Assembly (NCBI GenBank): GCA_900544675.1
Contig: UQVZ01000015.1
Coordinates: 4,433-68,432, forward strand
Reading direction: 5' to 3'
Length of the DNA: 64,000 nucleotides
Source: an uncultured Bacteroides sp.
Lineage (GTDB): Bacteria; Bacteroidota; Bacteroidia; Bacteroidales; Bacteroidaceae
The translations under genes and the position numbers were made by a program. Below, one piece after another: positions 28,809 through 38,699 of this stretch (position 1 is the first letter of the stretch; each line of letters starts with the position of its first letter). The notes beneath the pieces are model-generated. The model saw only the letters and a list, made by a program, of their open reading frames with translations. It had not been told where the DNA came from and did not search any database.

Positions 28809-28951
28809 AAAAATGAAGAATTAAAAATTAAGAATGAAGAACCTTTTAAATTAAGAATGAAGAATGAAGAATGAAGAACCTTTGAAATGAAGAACTAAGA
28901 ATGAAGAATGAAGAATAGCACACATCCTTATTCTTCATTCTTAATTCTTCA
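28809..28951. repeat. aagaatgaagaa-type tandem / inverted repeat block filling the dapF-dapL intergenic region
   Basis: ttaagaatgaagaatgaagaatgaagaacc... followed by the inverted ttattcttcattcttaattcttcattattcattc. It abuts the dapL start and overlaps the last codons of dapF. Confidence 0.6.
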
Positions 28952-29758
28952 TTATTCATTCTCCTCGATTGTTCCGTCGAATACTTTTACCGCGGGACCT
29001 GTCATGAAAAGGTGGTCGCCTTCGCCCATCCAACGGATGTGAAGGGTGCCTCCGTCCATCACGACGTCCGACTCATTGGGGCAACGGGCGGTGTAAGCGG
29101 CGGCTACGGCGGTAGCACATGCCCCCGTGCCGCAAGCCATCGTAATGCCCGAACCGCGTTCCCATACGCGCATGCGGATTTTTCCCGGAGCCAGCACTTG
29201 GGCAAACTCCACGTTCACACGGTCGGGGAAAAGCGGATGATGCTCCAGCAACAGTCCTACAACAGGCAAATCCACCTTTTCCATATCATCGACAAAAATC
29301 ACCAGGTGCGGATTGCCCATCGATACGGCGATGCCTTCGCGATAGGGAGCGCTTTCGCCCAGACTGACCGGATGAATCTCCGAAGGGATGCCCATATCGA
29401 CCGTCACGGCACCGACTTTTCCGTCTTCCACTTGCAGGCGAAGGGTCTTGACGCCCGAAAGGGTATCGAGGGTGATTTCGGTCTTGTCGGTCAGACCATA
29501 TTCGTACACATACTTCCCGATGCAACGGCTGGCGTTTCCGCACATCTTCGCTTCCGAACCGTCGGCATTGAAGATGCGCATGCTGAAGTCCGCCTTGTCG
29601 GACGAGCCAATCAGCACCAGTCCATCGCTTCCGATGCCTGTATGCGGACGGCTCCACGCAATGGCGCACGCTTCGGGATGCTGTATGGGGTATATCAGGG
29701 TGTTGACGTAAATGTAGTCGTTCCCTGCCCCTTGCATTTTAGTAAATTCTATTTTCAT
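28952..29758 (-). CDS. dapF: Diaminopimelate epimerase
   Basis: [19 protein letters not shown]..., two catalytic Cys ([15 protein letters not shown]). Confidence 0.9.
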   Translation of the reverse strand: MKIEFTKMQGAGNDYIYVNTLIYPIQHPEACAIAWSRPHTGIGSDGLVLIGSSDKADFSMRIFNADGSEAKMCGNASRCIGKYVYEYGLTDKTEITLDTLSGVKTLRLQVEDGKVGAVTVDMGIPSEIHPVSLGESAPYREGIAVSMGNPHLVIFVDDMEKVDLPVVGLLLEHHPLFPDRVNVEFAQVLAPGKIRMRVWERGSGITMACGTGACATAVAAAYTARCPNESDVVMDGGTLHIRWMGEGDHLFMTGPAVKVFDGTIEENE

Positions 29759-29815
29759 TTTCCAACTATCAAGACGGTGTTTTTTGGGAAAACCACCGTT
29801 ATTAACTATTAATTA

Positions 29816-31489
29816 TTAACTGTTTGCATATGCTTCTTCGTGCACCCCCGCTACGGCACGTCCGCTGGGCTCGTTCATATTCTTGAACGACTCGTCCCAG
29901 GCAAGCGCTTCGGCGGTAGAACAAGCCACGCTGGGCACACTGGGCACGCTGCGGGCAGCACTCTCGCTGGGGAAATATTCCTCGAAAATGCTCCGGTAAT
30001 AATATTCCTCCTTGTTCATCGGGGTGTTGATGGGGAAACGTTCGGCGGCATGCGCCATCTGCTCGTCGCTCACCGCCTGTGCGGTAAGGGCTTTCAGCGT
30101 ATCAATCCAGCTATATCCCACCCCGTCGCTGAACTGTTCTTTCTGACGCCAAGCCACGCTCTCGGGAAGCATATCCTGAAACGCCTCGCGCACGATTTTC
30201 TTCTCGATGGTCTTTCCAGGACACATCTTGGCGGCAGGATTGAGCCGCATAGCCACATCGAGGAACTCCTTGTCGAGGAAAGGCACACGCCCCTCTACGC
30301 CCCATGCTGCCAACGACTTATTGGCACGCAGGCAATCGTACAGGTAAAGCTTCGAGAGCTTGCGCAGGGTTTCTTCGTGGAACGCCTTCGCATCAGGCGC
30401 CTTGTGGAAATAAAGGTATCCGCCGAATACCTCGTCGGCTCCTTCACCGCTCAGCACCATCTTGATGCCCATACTCTTGATGACACGCGCCAAGAGATAC
30501 ATCGGGGTAGAGGCGCGCACGGTGGTCACATCGTAAGTCTCGATGAAGTAAATCACGTCGCGCACGGCATCTAGCCCCTCCTGGATGGTATAGTTGATTT
30601 CGTGGTGTACCGTCCCGATAAAGTCTGCCACCTCGCGCGCTTTTGCCAGGTCGGGCGCACCTTTCAGCCCGATGGCGAACGAGTGCAGCTGGGGCCACCA
30701 TGCCTCCTGGCTTCCTCCCGTCTCCACCCGGCGGGAAGCGTATTTCTTCGCCACGGCAGAGATGACCGAGCTGTCCAGCCCGCCCGAAAGCAGCACGCCG
30801 TAGGGCACATCGCTCATCAGCTGGCGGCGTACGGCGGCTTCGAGCGCCTCACGCAATTCGGACACCGAAGCCGGATTGTCTTTCACGGCCTCATACGACA
30901 TCCAGTCGCGGGTGTACCAACGCGTCATCTTGCCTTCTTTGCTATAATAATAGTGTCCGGGCAAGAAAGGCTCGTAGCGTTCGCAAAATCCTTCGAGCGC
31001 CTTCAGCTCGCTGGCGCAATACACTTTCCCGTCGGCATCATACCCGATGTAGAGGGGAATGACGCCTATCGGGTCGCGGGCAATGAGAAACTCGTCTTTC
31101 TCCTCGTCGTAGAGGGCAAAGGCGAAGATGCCATTCAGTTCTTCCAGGAAACGGATGCCTTTATCACGATAAAGGGCAAGAATCACCTCGCAATCGCTTC
31201 CCGTCTGAAACTGGTATTTCCCGGCATAGCGTTTCCGGATGTCCTGATGGTTATAGATTTCACCGTTTACGGCAAGCACCTGCTTGCGGTCGGGCGCGAA
31301 CAAGGGTTGTTTGCCGCTTTGGGGGTCGACGATAGACAAACGCTCGTGGGCAAGGATGGCCGTCGGACCGCAATAGATTCCGCTCCAGTCGGGTCCGCGA
31401 TGGCGGATTTTCTTAGCCATAGCAAGCGCTTTGTCCCGGAGCGAGGGGGTCTGCTCTTTTATATTGAATATGCTGACAATTCCACACAT
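29816..31489 (-). CDS. asnB: Asparagine synthase (glutamine-hydrolysing)
   Basis: N-terminal MCGI nucleophile, the SGGLDSS PP-loop, and AsnB-length C-terminal synthetase domain. Confidence 0.9.
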   Translation of the reverse strand: MCGIVSIFNIKEQTPSLRDKALAMAKKIRHRGPDWSGIYCGPTAILAHERLSIVDPQSGKQPLFAPDRKQVLAVNGEIYNHQDIRKRYAGKYQFQTGSDCEVILALYRDKGIRFLEELNGIFAFALYDEEKDEFLIARDPIGVIPLYIGYDADGKVYCASELKALEGFCERYEPFLPGHYYYSKEGKMTRWYTRDWMSYEAVKDNPASVSELREALEAAVRRQLMSDVPYGVLLSGGLDSSVISAVAKKYASRRVETGGSQEAWWPQLHSFAIGLKGAPDLAKAREVADFIGTVHHEINYTIQEGLDAVRDVIYFIETYDVTTVRASTPMYLLARVIKSMGIKMVLSGEGADEVFGGYLYFHKAPDAKAFHEETLRKLSKLYLYDCLRANKSLAAWGVEGRVPFLDKEFLDVAMRLNPAAKMCPGKTIEKKIVREAFQDMLPESVAWRQKEQFSDGVGYSWIDTLKALTAQAVSDEQMAHAAERFPINTPMNKEEYYYRSIFEEYFPSESAARSVPSVPSVACSTAEALAWDESFKNMNEPSGRAVAGVHEEAYANS

Positions 31490-31523
31490 AGTTGTATTTG
31501 TATTTTAGGGTTTACCACACAGA

Positions 31524-32864
31524 TTACGATTTCAGGAAACGGTCGACGGACTCAGCCGCCTTTCTTCCTCCGGCAATGCATTTCACCACGAGACTGGCTC
31601 CTGTAGCGGCATCGCCTGCCAGGAAAGCGTTGGACGGGAGCTGGGGCGCTTCGGGCTTCAGGAATCCCATCGCGAGCAAGACCAAATCGGCTTTGATGAC
31701 CTCTTTCTTGCCGGTGGGCTTCATCACGGGGCGTCCTCCGTCAGGTGCAGGTGCCCATTCCACTTCTTCCACTTCCACTCCGCACACGTGTCCGTTCTTG
31801 CCCAGGAACTGGGTAGACGACAAGCTCCAGCGGCGGATGCATCCTTCTTCGTGGCTGCTGCTGGTCTTCAACACGATGGGCCATTGGGGCCAGGGCGTAG
31901 CGGGATTATGGCCTACAGGCGGCTTGGGCATAATCTCTATCTGTGTCACGCTGGCAGCTCCCTGCCGATTGCTGGTACCGATGCAGTCGCTTCCGGTATC
32001 GCCTCCACCGATGACCAACACGTGTTTGCCTTTGGCGCTGATACGCTCTTCCTTGCCGAAGGTCTGTCCGGCAAGCACCCGGTTCTGCTGTGCCAGCATC
32101 TCCATCGCGAAATGAATGCCTTTCAGTTCACGTCCGGGGATGGCGAGGTCGCGTGCCTGGGGCGTTCCGGTGCATACGCAATAGGCATCGAAGCCTTCGG
32201 GCAATTTCTGCACATCAATTTCGGTATTAGGCTTGAACACCACGCCTTCTTCTTCCATCAGCTTCACACGGCGGTCGATGATGTTCTTTCCCAGCTTGAA
32301 GTTAGGGATGCCGAAACGGAGCAAGCCGCCGATGTATTCCAGTTTCTCGAATACGGTCACTTCGTATCCCATCTTGTTCAGGCGGTTGGCGGCGGCAAGC
32401 CCCGTAGGTCCCGACCCGATAACCGCCACCCGTTTCCCGTTGCGCACGGGCTGTACGGGCTTGATGTATCCTTCGCGAAATGCCGCTTCGATGACCGCAG
32501 CCTCATCCTCGCGGATGGTGACGGGAGCGTCTATCGTCAGCTTCAGCACACAACTCTTCTCGCACAAGGCGGGACAGATGCGTCCGGTGAACTCCGGAAA
32601 GTCATTGGTCTGGCTCAATATCTGATAAGCCTCTTTCCAGCGGCCTTTATACATGGCGTCCTGAAATTCGGGAGGACGGTTGCCCAAGGGGCATGCCCAG
32701 TGGCAGAAGGGCACGCCGCAGTCCATGCAACGCGAGGCTTGCAATTTGCGGTCGCTGGTGTTCAAGGTCTGTTCTACCTCGCTGAAATCGGTGATACGGT
32801 CGTGTATCGGGCGGTACCCGGCTTCTTGCCGGGGTATAGTCAAGAATGCTTTAGGATTTCCCAT
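31524..32864 (-). CDS. gltD: Glutamate synthase (NADPH) small subunit
   Basis: N-terminal Cys cluster (CMDCGVPFCHWACP), FAD/NAD Rossmann motifs (VAVIGSGPTGL, VLVIGGGDTG). Confidence 0.9.
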   Translation of the reverse strand: MGNPKAFLTIPRQEAGYRPIHDRITDFSEVEQTLNTSDRKLQASRCMDCGVPFCHWACPLGNRPPEFQDAMYKGRWKEAYQILSQTNDFPEFTGRICPALCEKSCVLKLTIDAPVTIREDEAAVIEAAFREGYIKPVQPVRNGKRVAVIGSGPTGLAAANRLNKMGYEVTVFEKLEYIGGLLRFGIPNFKLGKNIIDRRVKLMEEEGVVFKPNTEIDVQKLPEGFDAYCVCTGTPQARDLAIPGRELKGIHFAMEMLAQQNRVLAGQTFGKEERISAKGKHVLVIGGGDTGSDCIGTSNRQGAASVTQIEIMPKPPVGHNPATPWPQWPIVLKTSSSHEEGCIRRWSLSSTQFLGKNGHVCGVEVEEVEWAPAPDGGRPVMKPTGKKEVIKADLVLLAMGFLKPEAPQLPSNAFLAGDAATGASLVVKCIAGGRKAAESVDRFLKS

Positions 32865-33020
32865 TTTTGTTTAAGTTTTTAAGTTTTTGAGTTCTTTAGT
32901 TTTTAAGTTTGTGAGTTTGTAAGTTCGTGAGTTTCTAAGCTTATCAGTTTTTGAGTGGATAATATATATATTTATACAATAACTCAAAAACTCAAGAACT
33001 TACAAACTTAAAAACTAAAA
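32865..33020. repeat. Imperfect long inverted repeat (agtttttaagtttgtgagtttgtaagtt... / ...aacttacaaacttaaaaact) between gltB and gltD
   Basis: Arms at about 32868-32935 and 32975-33020 flank tggataatatatatatttatacaat. Same word family as 24079-24130 and 601-630. Confidence 0.55.
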
Positions 33021-36000
33021 TCAATAGTCTCTCTGCACTTCGGCAATCTTTTGCTGGAGCTTACGCATCTGCTCTTCGGCAAGCACCTTCTTGTACTCGA
33101 TAGGTGTCACCTGGATAAACTCGTCTACGTAGCGGTTCCAATTATCGAGCATCGTGCGTGCCAGTTTCGACCCCGTGTACAGGTAGTGCTGGCGCACCAG
33201 CTCGTGCAATTCCTTGCGGGCGGTAGCGTCTTCGAGCAAGGACAGTTCCACCATCTCCATATTACAGAAGTAATCGAAATCGTGGTTCTTGTCCCACACG
33301 TATGCCACACCGCCGCTCATACCTGCCGCAAAGTTGCGTCCGGTCTCGCCCAATACGACGACCCGTCCGCCCGTCATATACTCGCAACAATGGTCGCCTA
33401 CTCCTTCTACCACGGCTATGGCTCCCGAGTTGCGCACGGCAAAACGCTCGCCGGCACGCCCGTTGATATATACCTCGCCGCTGGTAGCTCCGTAAAGCAA
33501 TGTATTGCCCACAATGGTATTCCGTTCGGCATCAAAATCGCTCCGCACAGGAGGCTGGACCGAAATGTGTCCGCCGCTCAATCCCTTACCCAGGTAATCG
33601 TTGGCCTCGCCTTCCAGCTTGAAGCTGATGCCGTGTGTCAGGAAAGCGCCGAAACTCTGCCCTGCCGAGCCTTTGAACTTCACGTTGATGGTCTGGTCGG
33701 GCAAGCCTGCCTCGCCATATTTCAACGCCACGGCACCCGAAAGCATCGCGCCTACCGAACGGTCGGTATTGGCTATGGCATATTCCAGCGACACTTCTTT
33801 CTTGTTTGCCAATGCCTCGCGGGCGGCGGAGAGCATCGCCACATCCTTCACATGCTCGATATCGTGCTTTTGCGAAGTGACATTGTGCAATGCCGAACCG
33901 TTCTTCACCTGATACAGGATATGGCTGAAGTCGAGCAAAGACGCCTTGCTTCCCGCTTCTCTCGGCTTAATCTCAATCAGGTCGGTACGTCCTATAATAT
34001 CATCCAGGCGCGTAAAGCCCATATCGGCAAGGTATTCGCGTACCTCTTGCGCCAGGAAATGGAAGAAATTGACCACATACTCGTATTTCCCCCGGAAATG
34101 GTCGCGCAACTCGGGGTTCTGGGTAGCGACACCTACCGGACACGTGTTGGCGTGACACTTGCGCATCATCACACATCCCAATACAATCAGTACCGCCGTG
34201 CCGAACCCGAACTCTTCGGCTCCCAGCAGGGCCATGCTGATGATGTCGCGTCCCGTCTTGAGCTGTCCGTCGGTCTGCAAACGCACCTGCCCGCGCAAGC
34301 CGTTCAACACCAGGGTCTGCTGGGTTTCACTTAACCCGATTTCGGGCGGGATACCGGCATAACGCATCGAAGAGGCAGGCGAAGCACCCGTACCGCCTTC
34401 GGCACCCGAGATGACTATCAGGTCGGCCTTGGCTTTAGCCACACCGGCGGCGATAGTACCGATACCGCTCTCCGCCACCAGCTTGACACTGATTTTCGCC
34501 TTCGGATTTACATTCTTCAGGTCGAAGATGAGTTGCGCCAGGTCTTCTATCGAGTAAATATCGTGATGGGGCGGAGGCGAAATCAGCGAGATGCCCGGTA
34601 TGGAGTGACGTGTGCGGGCAATGATTTCGTTCACCTTAAAGCCCGGCAACTGGCCTCCTTCTCCCGGCTTGGCTCCCTGAGCCACCTTGATTTGTATTTC
34701 CTCGGCATTCACCAGGTATTCGGCGGTAACTCCGAAACGTCCCGAAGCCACCTGCTTGGTCTTGCTGCATAGCGAAATGCCGTCGAATGTATCGTGGAAA
34801 CGCGAAGAGTCCTCGCCTCCCTCGCCGGTATTGCTCCGTGTGCCCAGCTTGTTCATCGCAAGGGTCAAGGCTTCGTGCGCCTCCTTGCTGATGGCTCCGA
34901 ACGACATGGCACCGGTGACGAAGTGTTTCACGATTTCCTCTACCGGCTCTACCTGGTCAATCGGAATCGGGTTGCGCTTGAAGCTGAAGAAGTCGCGCAA
35001 GAAGATGGGATGTTCTTTCTCGTCCACCTTGCGGGTGTATTCCTTGAACTTGGCATAGCTTCCCAGGCGGGTAGCCAGCTGCAACGAACTGATGGTTTCG
35101 GGGTTCCAGGCATGTTTCTCCCCGTCTTTCCGGTAAGAGAACTGCCCGATATGAGGCAAGAGCGGTTCCACCTCGTCGGGACAAAAGCCGTTATCGTGGA
35201 ACGTGATATAGTCTTTGGCAATCTCCTGAAGCCCGGCTCCGCCGATGGTGGAAACGCTGGTGCCGAAATAAGCCTTCAGCAATTCCTCGCTCAAGCCTAC
35301 CGACTCGAATATCTTGGCGCCGCGATACGAACGGATGGTGCTGATACCCATCTTGCTCATCACCTTATAAAGCCCCTTGCAGATGGCTTTGATGTAATTC
35401 TTCTCGGCGGTCTCATAGTTCATCTGGATATATTTGTCCTTCACCAGGCTGTCCAGCACGGCAAACGCCATATACGGATTGAACGCGCTCGCGCCGTAAC
35501 CCAAGAGCAAAGCGGCATGCATCACCTCGCGCACCTCGCCACTCTCTACTATCAGGGCGGTCTGCACACGCTTCTGCACGCTTATCAGATGATGGTGTAC
35601 GGCACTCACGGCAAGCAGCGAAGGGATAGCGGCATGTTCCTTGTCGATGCCTCTGTCCGAAAGGATGATGTAGTTCACCCCGTCATCCACCGATTGTTCG
35701 GCTTTCCGGCACAGGTCCGCCAATGCCTCGCGAAGCCCTGCCTTGCCCCGGCTCACCTCGAACAAAGTGGGGAGCTTCACCGTATTAAATCCCTTATAAC
35801 GGATGTTGCAAAGGATGTCCAGCTCGGTATTGGTCAGAATGGGGTGTGGCAAGCGCACCATCTTGCAATGGCTCTCGCTGGGCAAGAGGATGTTGGTGCC
35901 TACCGCGCCGATATATTCGGTGAGCGACATCACCAGTTCCTCGCGAATCGGGTCGATGGCAGGGTTGGTGACCTGCGCGAATTGCTGGCGGAAATAGTTG

Positions 36001-37538
36001 AACATCAACTGAGGCATATCGCTCAACACGGCGAGCGGGGTATCGTTACCCATGGATGCCGTAGGCTCGGTCCCGTTGGTGCACATCGGCGTCAACGTGC
36101 GCTCTACGTCCTCGCGCGTATAGCCGAAGGCACGGAGCTTGCGCTCGAAATCGGGAACGGTGTTCTCCACTTTACGCCCGCTGCGCAAGGTGTTCAGCTC
36201 GATACGGTTGGTGGAAAGCCATTGGCGGTAAGGCTTGGCGGCGGCAAGTTGCTCCTTGATTTCCCCGTCGTAATAGATTTTCCCTTCCTGCGTATCTATC
36301 AGCAGGAGCTTGCCCGGTTGCAAACGTCCTTTTTCCTTGATGGTTTCGGGCTCGAAGCTGATGACTCCCGCTTCGCTCGCCACCACCATCATATCGTTCT
36401 TCGTAATGAGATAACGTGCCGGACGAAGCCCGTTGCGGTCGAGCATACCGCCCGCATAACGCCCGTCGCTGAAGAGAAGGGCGGCAGGTCCGTCCCAGGG
36501 TTCCATCAGGATGGAATGGTATTCATAGAAGGCTTTCAGGTCTTCGCTGATAGGGTTCTTGTCGTTGAACGATTCGGGCACCAGCATCGCCATCGCATGC
36601 GGAAGGCTCAAGCCCGACATCACGAAGAACTCCAGCACATTGTCCAGCGAAGCGCTATCGCTCATGCCCGGCTGGATGATAGGGCGGATATCCTTCACAT
36701 TGCCCAAAGCCGGTGTAGAGAGCACGCTTTCGCGCGCCTCCATCCAGGCACGGTTTCCGCGGATGGTATTGATTTCGCCGTTATGCGCCAGGAAGCGGAA
36801 GGGCTGGGCAAGGCTCCACGTGGGGAACGTATTCGTACTGAAACGCGAATGCACGATGGCAAGGCCGCTCGTGAAATAAGGTTGTGTCAGGTCCAGAAAA
36901 TACTCCCGCAACTGTACCGACGAGAGCATACCTTTATAAACAATGGTCTTGCTGGACAACGACACTATGTAGAAGTCTTTGTGTTGTACGCGCTTTTCTA
37001 TTTTCTTGCGGATAATATATAAGGTGCGCTCCAGGTTCTCCACGTCCGTGGCACCGGTAATGAACACCTGCTTGATGGCAGGTTCGGTCTCCTGCGCGCT
37101 CTTTCCCGGGACGGATGAGTTGACCGGCACGGCACGCAAGTGCATCAGGGTAAGCCCCTCGCGTTCGATTTCCTCAATCATGATGCTCAGAATCCGCGCC
37201 TGTTCCTGCTCGTCTTTGGGCAGGAAGACCAGTCCTGTGCCGTACTTTCCTTTCTCGGGCACCGGGATGCCTTGCAACAAGATAAATTCGTGAGGAATCT
37301 GTACCATAATGCCGGCACCGTCTCCAGTCTTGTTGTCGGCACCTTCCGCTCCTCGATGTTTCATATTCTCCAGCACCTTCAGTGCCGAATCCACCAGTTC
37401 GTGCGACTTGTTGCCATGAATGTCAACAATCATACCCACACCACAAGCATCGTGCTCGTATGCAGCATCATAAAGTCCCGTTTGTTGTCTGTCTGTAGCT
37501 GCGCTGCTTTTCATTCTGATAAAAGTTTCCTCTTTCAT
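33021..37538 (-). CDS. gltB: Glutamate synthase large subunit
   Basis: The N-terminal amidotransferase Cys follows the start (ACGVGMIVD). Length is about 1500 aa with FMN/Fe-S and GXGXG domains. Start set at the internal ATG (MKEETFIRMKSS...). Confidence 0.9.
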   Translation of the reverse strand: MKEETFIRMKSSAATDRQQTGLYDAAYEHDACGVGMIVDIHGNKSHELVDSALKVLENMKHRGAEGADNKTGDGAGIMVQIPHEFILLQGIPVPEKGKYGTGLVFLPKDEQEQARILSIMIEEIEREGLTLMHLRAVPVNSSVPGKSAQETEPAIKQVFITGATDVENLERTLYIIRKKIEKRVQHKDFYIVSLSSKTIVYKGMLSSVQLREYFLDLTQPYFTSGLAIVHSRFSTNTFPTWSLAQPFRFLAHNGEINTIRGNRAWMEARESVLSTPALGNVKDIRPIIQPGMSDSASLDNVLEFFVMSGLSLPHAMAMLVPESFNDKNPISEDLKAFYEYHSILMEPWDGPAALLFSDGRYAGGMLDRNGLRPARYLITKNDMMVVASEAGVISFEPETIKEKGRLQPGKLLLIDTQEGKIYYDGEIKEQLAAAKPYRQWLSTNRIELNTLRSGRKVENTVPDFERKLRAFGYTREDVERTLTPMCTNGTEPTASMGNDTPLAVLSDMPQLMFNYFRQQFAQVTNPAIDPIREELVMSLTEYIGAVGTNILLPSESHCKMVRLPHPILTNTELDILCNIRYKGFNTVKLPTLFEVSRGKAGLREALADLCRKAEQSVDDGVNYIILSDRGIDKEHAAIPSLLAVSAVHHHLISVQKRVQTALIVESGEVREVMHAALLLGYGASAFNPYMAFAVLDSLVKDKYIQMNYETAEKNYIKAICKGLYKVMSKMGISTIRSYRGAKIFESVGLSEELLKAYFGTSVSTIGGAGLQEIAKDYITFHDNGFCPDEVEPLLPHIGQFSYRKDGEKHAWNPETISSLQLATRLGSYAKFKEYTRKVDEKEHPIFLRDFFSFKRNPIPIDQVEPVEEIVKHFVTGAMSFGAISKEAHEALTLAMNKLGTRSNTGEGGEDSSRFHDTFDGISLCSKTKQVASGRFGVTAEYLVNAEEIQIKVAQGAKPGEGGQLPGFKVNEIIARTRHSIPGISLISPPPHHDIYSIEDLAQLIFDLKNVNPKAKISVKLVAESGIGTIAAGVAKAKADLIVISGAEGGTGASPASSMRYAGIPPEIGLSETQQTLVLNGLRGQVRLQTDGQLKTGRDIISMALLGAEEFGFGTAVLIVLGCVMMRKCHANTCPVGVATQNPELRDHFRGKYEYVVNFFHFLAQEVREYLADMGFTRLDDIIGRTDLIEIKPREAGSKASLLDFSHILYQVKNGSALHNVTSQKHDIEHVKDVAMLSAAREALANKKEVSLEYAIANTDRSVGAMLSGAVALKYGEAGLPDQTINVKFKGSAGQSFGAFLTHGISFKLEGEANDYLGKGLSGGHISVQPPVRSDFDAERNTIVGNTLLYGATSGEVYINGRAGERFAVRNSGAIAVVEGVGDHCCEYMTGGRVVVLGETGRNFAAGMSGGVAYVWDKNHDFDYFCNMEMVELSLLEDATARKELHELVRQHYLYTGSKLARTMLDNWNRYVDEFIQVTPIEYKKVLAEEQMRKLQQKIAEVQRDY

Positions 37539-37892
37539 TGGCGTTTGCTTTCTTTTTACACTGTTTAGTTCTTTGTATCTATCTATTTGTCCGCAAAGAT
37601 ACAGATACTGCAAACATTATGTATAGATAACATGTAATTTTATTTCAAAAAATATCGCATCGGGCGCCAACAGCTTACTATCACGCACAAAACAACGCAT
37701 ACAATATGAGAAATTATAAGCAAAACAATCTATTTTAATTACAGAATAAAAGAATAGTGTTTTTATTTTGAGCAAAAAGGAACGGGTCAGGAGCCTCGTC
37801 TTGCTTCCCGAAACCGGCATCGGAAGCGGAAGAATGAAAGCCTTCATCCGGGCAAATTTACCAAGGAAACCGGTCGTACCGATACACTCACC

Positions 37893-38008
37893 CAGTTGTT
37901 TCAGGAGTTTCAGTTAAGTGAAACACTTGTTTCACCTAGGTAAAACACTTGTTTCAGCCTGCTGAAACAGTTGTTTCAACTTTTTAAAACAGGGTGAAAC
38001 TGTTATTT
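37893..38008 (+). repeat. Dispersed ~115-bp element made of tandem GTGAAACA-NN-TGTTTCAC palindromes (copy 1, upstream of rnf)
   Basis: Units gtgaaacacttgtttcac, gtaaaacacttgtttcag and ctgaaacagttgtttcaac are spaced 22-23 bp. An inverted second copy is at 62759-62875 and a partial copy at 45207-45230. Confidence 0.6.
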
Positions 38009-38201
38009 AACGGTTTGGGTTGACTGAATATCTTCTTCCAGATAAGACAGGTTGACTCAAGTTCCGAATTGTCCGCCCCTACCACACCCACCACATCCCG
38101 ACTTCAGCCCAACAGATGATAAAGAACATAATTATAGAATACTTTTGCATTTTTTAGCATATAATTCCTCCGTTTGCGTTACCGGGAATAGAATTTTATC
38201 G

Positions 38202-38209
38202 TATTTTTG
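38202..38209 (+). promoter_or_regulatory. -7 box TAttTTTG for the rseC-rnf operon
   Basis: tatttttg sits 30 nt upstream of the ATG at 38239. Confidence 0.4.
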
Positions 38210-38238
38210 CCCTATATTGTAAAGTACAGTTTGCAAAT

Positions 38239-38658
38239 ATGACAAATAACATAAAACACCTGGGTATTGTGGAAAGCATCAACGGTTCTCACCTGAAAGT
38301 GAAAATCATGCAGACATCGGCGTGTGCCTCCTGCAGCGCACAAGCACATTGTCATGCGTCCGAATCAAAAGAAAAAATCATTGATGTGTACAACCGGCAA
38401 AACCTGCCTTGCCAGGTAGGCGGACAGGTATGGATTGCGGGCACCGTCTCGATGGGTATGAAAGCAGTATGCCTCGCCTTTGTGATTCCTTTCCTTGTCG
38501 TATTCCTGACTCTGGTCATCGCATTGCAAGTGACCGGAAGCGAAGTCACCTCTGCCCTTATCTCCCTCTGTGCCTTGGTTCCTTATTACCTTATTATATA
38601 TATGTGCCGCAAACGGCTAAGCCGCTCGCTCGTCTTTACTTTGGAAAGCGTACTATAA
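38239..38658 (+). CDS. RseC/MucC-family (SoxR-reducing-system-like) membrane protein, first gene of the rnf operon
   Basis: N-terminal Cys-rich segment (SACASCSAQAHCHAS) and two TM helices. Positioned immediately 5' of rnfB. Confidence 0.65.
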   Translation: MTNNIKHLGIVESINGSHLKVKIMQTSACASCSAQAHCHASESKEKIIDVYNRQNLPCQVGGQVWIAGTVSMGMKAVCLAFVIPFLVVFLTLVIALQVTGSEVTSALISLCALVPYYLIIYMCRKRLSRSLVFTLESVL

Positions 38659-38699
38659 TAACCCAACTTTTATACTTTAATAACCTAACTTTTATACTT

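Noticed and set aside
34794-37022. 742-aa plus-strand ORF, plus many 60-430-aa ORFs inside the gltB, gltD, asnB, helicase, copA, LysM and rnfB/C regions
   Set aside because: All are antisense to, or frame-shifted within, long conserved genes. Their composition is Arg/His/Gly-rich and typical of non-coding frames in GC-rich genes.
37614-38238. Small RNA or CDS in the 625-bp gltB-rseC intergenic region
   Set aside because: No ORF of 40 aa or more with a plausible start. The palindrome array could still be transcribed, but from sequence alone I cannot call an sRNA. It is reported under findings instead.
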